Assembly (NCBI RefSeq): GCF_006345805.1
Contig: NC_042998.1
Span: 194,370,001-194,434,000 of the forward strand
Direction: 5' to 3'
Length of the DNA: 64,000 bases
DNA from: Octopus sinensis
Taxonomy: Eukaryota
Shown piece after piece: positions 61,790 to 64,000 of the stretch. The stretch's first letter is position 1. Every line of letters starts with the position of its first letter. The translations under genes were made by a program, and so were the position numbers. The notes beneath the pieces are model-generated. The model was given only the letters and a program-made list of their open reading frames with translations, searched no databases and was not told the origin of the DNA.

Positions 61790-62007
61790 TAGGTATGGCT
61801 ATCAATCCATGAGCTAAGAAATGACTAGTCATTAGCTCATAGTAAATTTTGTTATCTTGGTACATAATGCTGGAGATGGATCTAGTGAAAACAGAGTTTA
61901 GTATGTGAACATAATAAAAGTTAGCAACAAAATCTCTCTCTCTCTTTCTAGGAAAGGTTGTCTGTAAAAGAAATGAGTGGTGCTGTATGATTGTGAAATA
62001 TAGGTAA

Positions 62008-62401
62008 TCTCTATATATATATAAAGCTGAAGTTGTCTGTGTATGGCAGGTTTGGTAGCCTTCAACTAAAACTATCTCCTCCAAGACCCTGCGGCGCAAG
62101 CTGACCAAAATTTAGAGTATGATAGAAGGCTTGCTCTTCATTCCGTAGAAGAAAAAAATTCAAATCGGACCATGTTAATACCAAAAATTATTTACATCAA
62201 AAACGTGCTTTTTTTTCTATGAAAATCCCTATTTCTTATGATTTTTTTTACTGCTGTGTCACCATTTTACAGTGTATTTCAACCAGAAAAATGTTCACTT
62301 AAAGAGAATAACAAGCTACATAATGCAAAATTTTCACTTTTCAAAAATTCAAATTCTAAAAGGTCAAAACAAACCCGAGCAACACCGGGTGATACTGCTA
62401 G
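62008..62401 (+). mobile_element. Non-autonomous Helitron
   Basis: A|TCTCTATATATATATAAA...ACCCGAGCAACACCGGGT hairpin...CTAG|T. Confidence 0.85.
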
Positions 62402-63407
62402 TAAATAAATAAAGAGGATATACAATGACTGGTGACAAAAGACACAAAGTATGAATTGCTAATTTAAAAAAAGATAAGGCACACAAAAACCAACACTGAA
62501 ACAAATGACAATGCAAATGAATTACAACAGGTTTCATTCAACAAAATGAAGTTTGCTACAACAGCAATGCACAAATAACTAACATGTAAGGCTATAATGT
62601 AACAGAAGTGGCATTTCTTTCTTTTCAATGCTGCCAACATGAAAGATCATAACTTTTAATAAAAGTTATGCAGTCAATGAAGCATGCCAACTTCTGTCCA
62701 TCTACATTTACAGTGTGCCAGTACAAATAAATGAACCAAAGGTGAAGCTTTTATGCTAGTACACTATCTGTTAAAAATATCACATCTTGCTACCATAGAG
62801 AAGGAAGGACATATTGAACAATGGAGCCCACTGCTTGAAAAAAAAAAGCAAGAAAGAAAATGGGTACAACTAGAACACCATCAATCAAATGTCTCCTGAA
62901 TCGGAGTTGACCTGAGGCTAAACAACAACAAATCTTATGAGCCAATGAGGAAACCTCTTTGTGGCTGCTAAACCTGTTAAAAATAGACAAAACTCCTTCG
63001 AAGCACACAGTGCGACCTTAAAAAAGTAAGAGCACACTAGATAATATAGTCTTGAGTATACAAAATGAGATGGTTCTAGTTGGATTGCCTCAGATCATAA
63101 GTTAGTTCAATCAGATTGGTCTGAAGACTAAATAATACCAAAACTTTTTCAATTCAATAAATGCATGAGTGGCTTGTTCTTCAAGCACATTTCTAGTAGC
63201 TACTTCAGTTCAAATATGGCAACGATACACAATTGCAACGAAACTACAAATGTAGGTTTCCTAAAAAAAAAATAAAATGTCATTACCAGTGAAGTTAACT
63301 AACAATATATATTTTTGAACAAGTGCCCAGTTAGTATATTTTCTGGTAACAAAATAACTGCACAAGAAAACAAACAAGCAAAATTTCATTTTAACTTTAC
63401 TAAGATT

Positions 63408-63733
63408 GTGGTCGTGCCAGCCTTGCCTGGCCTCCGTGCTGGTGGCACGTAAAAGTCACCATCCGAGCGTGGCCATTCGCCAGCCTCATCTGGCACAAAA
63501 AAAAAAACACCATCCGAGCGTGGCCGTTCGCCAGCCTCGTCTGGCACCTGTGTCGGTGGTACATAAAAAGCACCCACTACACTCATGGAGTGGTTGGCGT
63601 TAGGAACGGCATCCAGCTGTAGAAACACTGCCAGATCTGACTGGCCTGGTGCAGCCTTCGGGCTTCCCAGACCCCAGTTGAACCGTCCAACCCATGCTAG
63701 CATGGAAAGCGGACGTTAAACGATGATGATGAT
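63408..63733 (+). mobile_element. RTE-LINE 3' end copy
   Basis: Units, core, (GAT)n. Confidence 0.85.
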
Positions 63734-64000
63734 AAGATCTAATAGTTTCTTGATTCTGCTCGATATTATCATTGTAGCTGATAAGCTTAGTCAGGAAAAC
63801 TAAAAACTGAATAGTAAAAGAATTTCTAATTCCTATCTGTTCTGATACTATTAATATATAGCTATATTCCCAAATGACCTGACACTTCAACGGTTTTAAT
63901 CCCGTTACTTACTAACACACCTGAGGTGAAACACAAAGAGGAAAACTGGAGAATATAAAGTTGACAACAGATATACTCACAGTCGTTAGACTTCCATCCA

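Noticed and set aside
62790-62830. Possible further SENP6 exon after a minus-strand polypyrimidine tract
   Set aside because: Weak donor (GTAGCA), no homology; cannot be supported.

Overview
Eukaryotic, AT-rich, repeat-dense genomic DNA. The repeat families point to an octopus or other coleoid cephalopod (inference). Two multi-exon genes lie tail-to-tail, and both 5' ends are outside the window. (1) Plus strand, 3268-33632: the last 16 coding exons of ATM (late FAT, PI3K-like kinase, PRD and FATC domains; about 780 aa, all splice phases consistent, ending ...LYPGWQPYV*). (2) Minus strand, 60771-36917: 13 coding exons of a SENP6/7-type SUMO protease (about 751 aa; loop-1 PPPPAKGG, catalytic His/Asp/Cys intact). 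Most ORFs in the supplied track are spurious read-throughs of repeats. The introns hold: >25 5'-truncated RTE-LINE 3' ends with variable arrays of ~60-bp units; several tRNA-derived SINE families; CR1 ends; three non-autonomous Helitrons; a decayed full-length mariner; a Tc1-type MITE; and two hAT elements with 8-bp TSDs. The most unusual structures are: a TSD-bounded Penelope-like insertion whose 3' region joins a tRNA-like Pol III head, an (AAT)n spacer and a minimal hammerhead ribozyme; a 219-bp ~99% inverted repeat in a SENP6 intron; short pieces of ATM intron copied elsewhere in the same gene, one fused to a retro-tail; fold-back junctions on RTE copies; and an AG-free minisatellite at the acceptor of the ATM catalytic-loop exon. 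Repeat boundaries are approximate unless a TSD or TIR is quoted.
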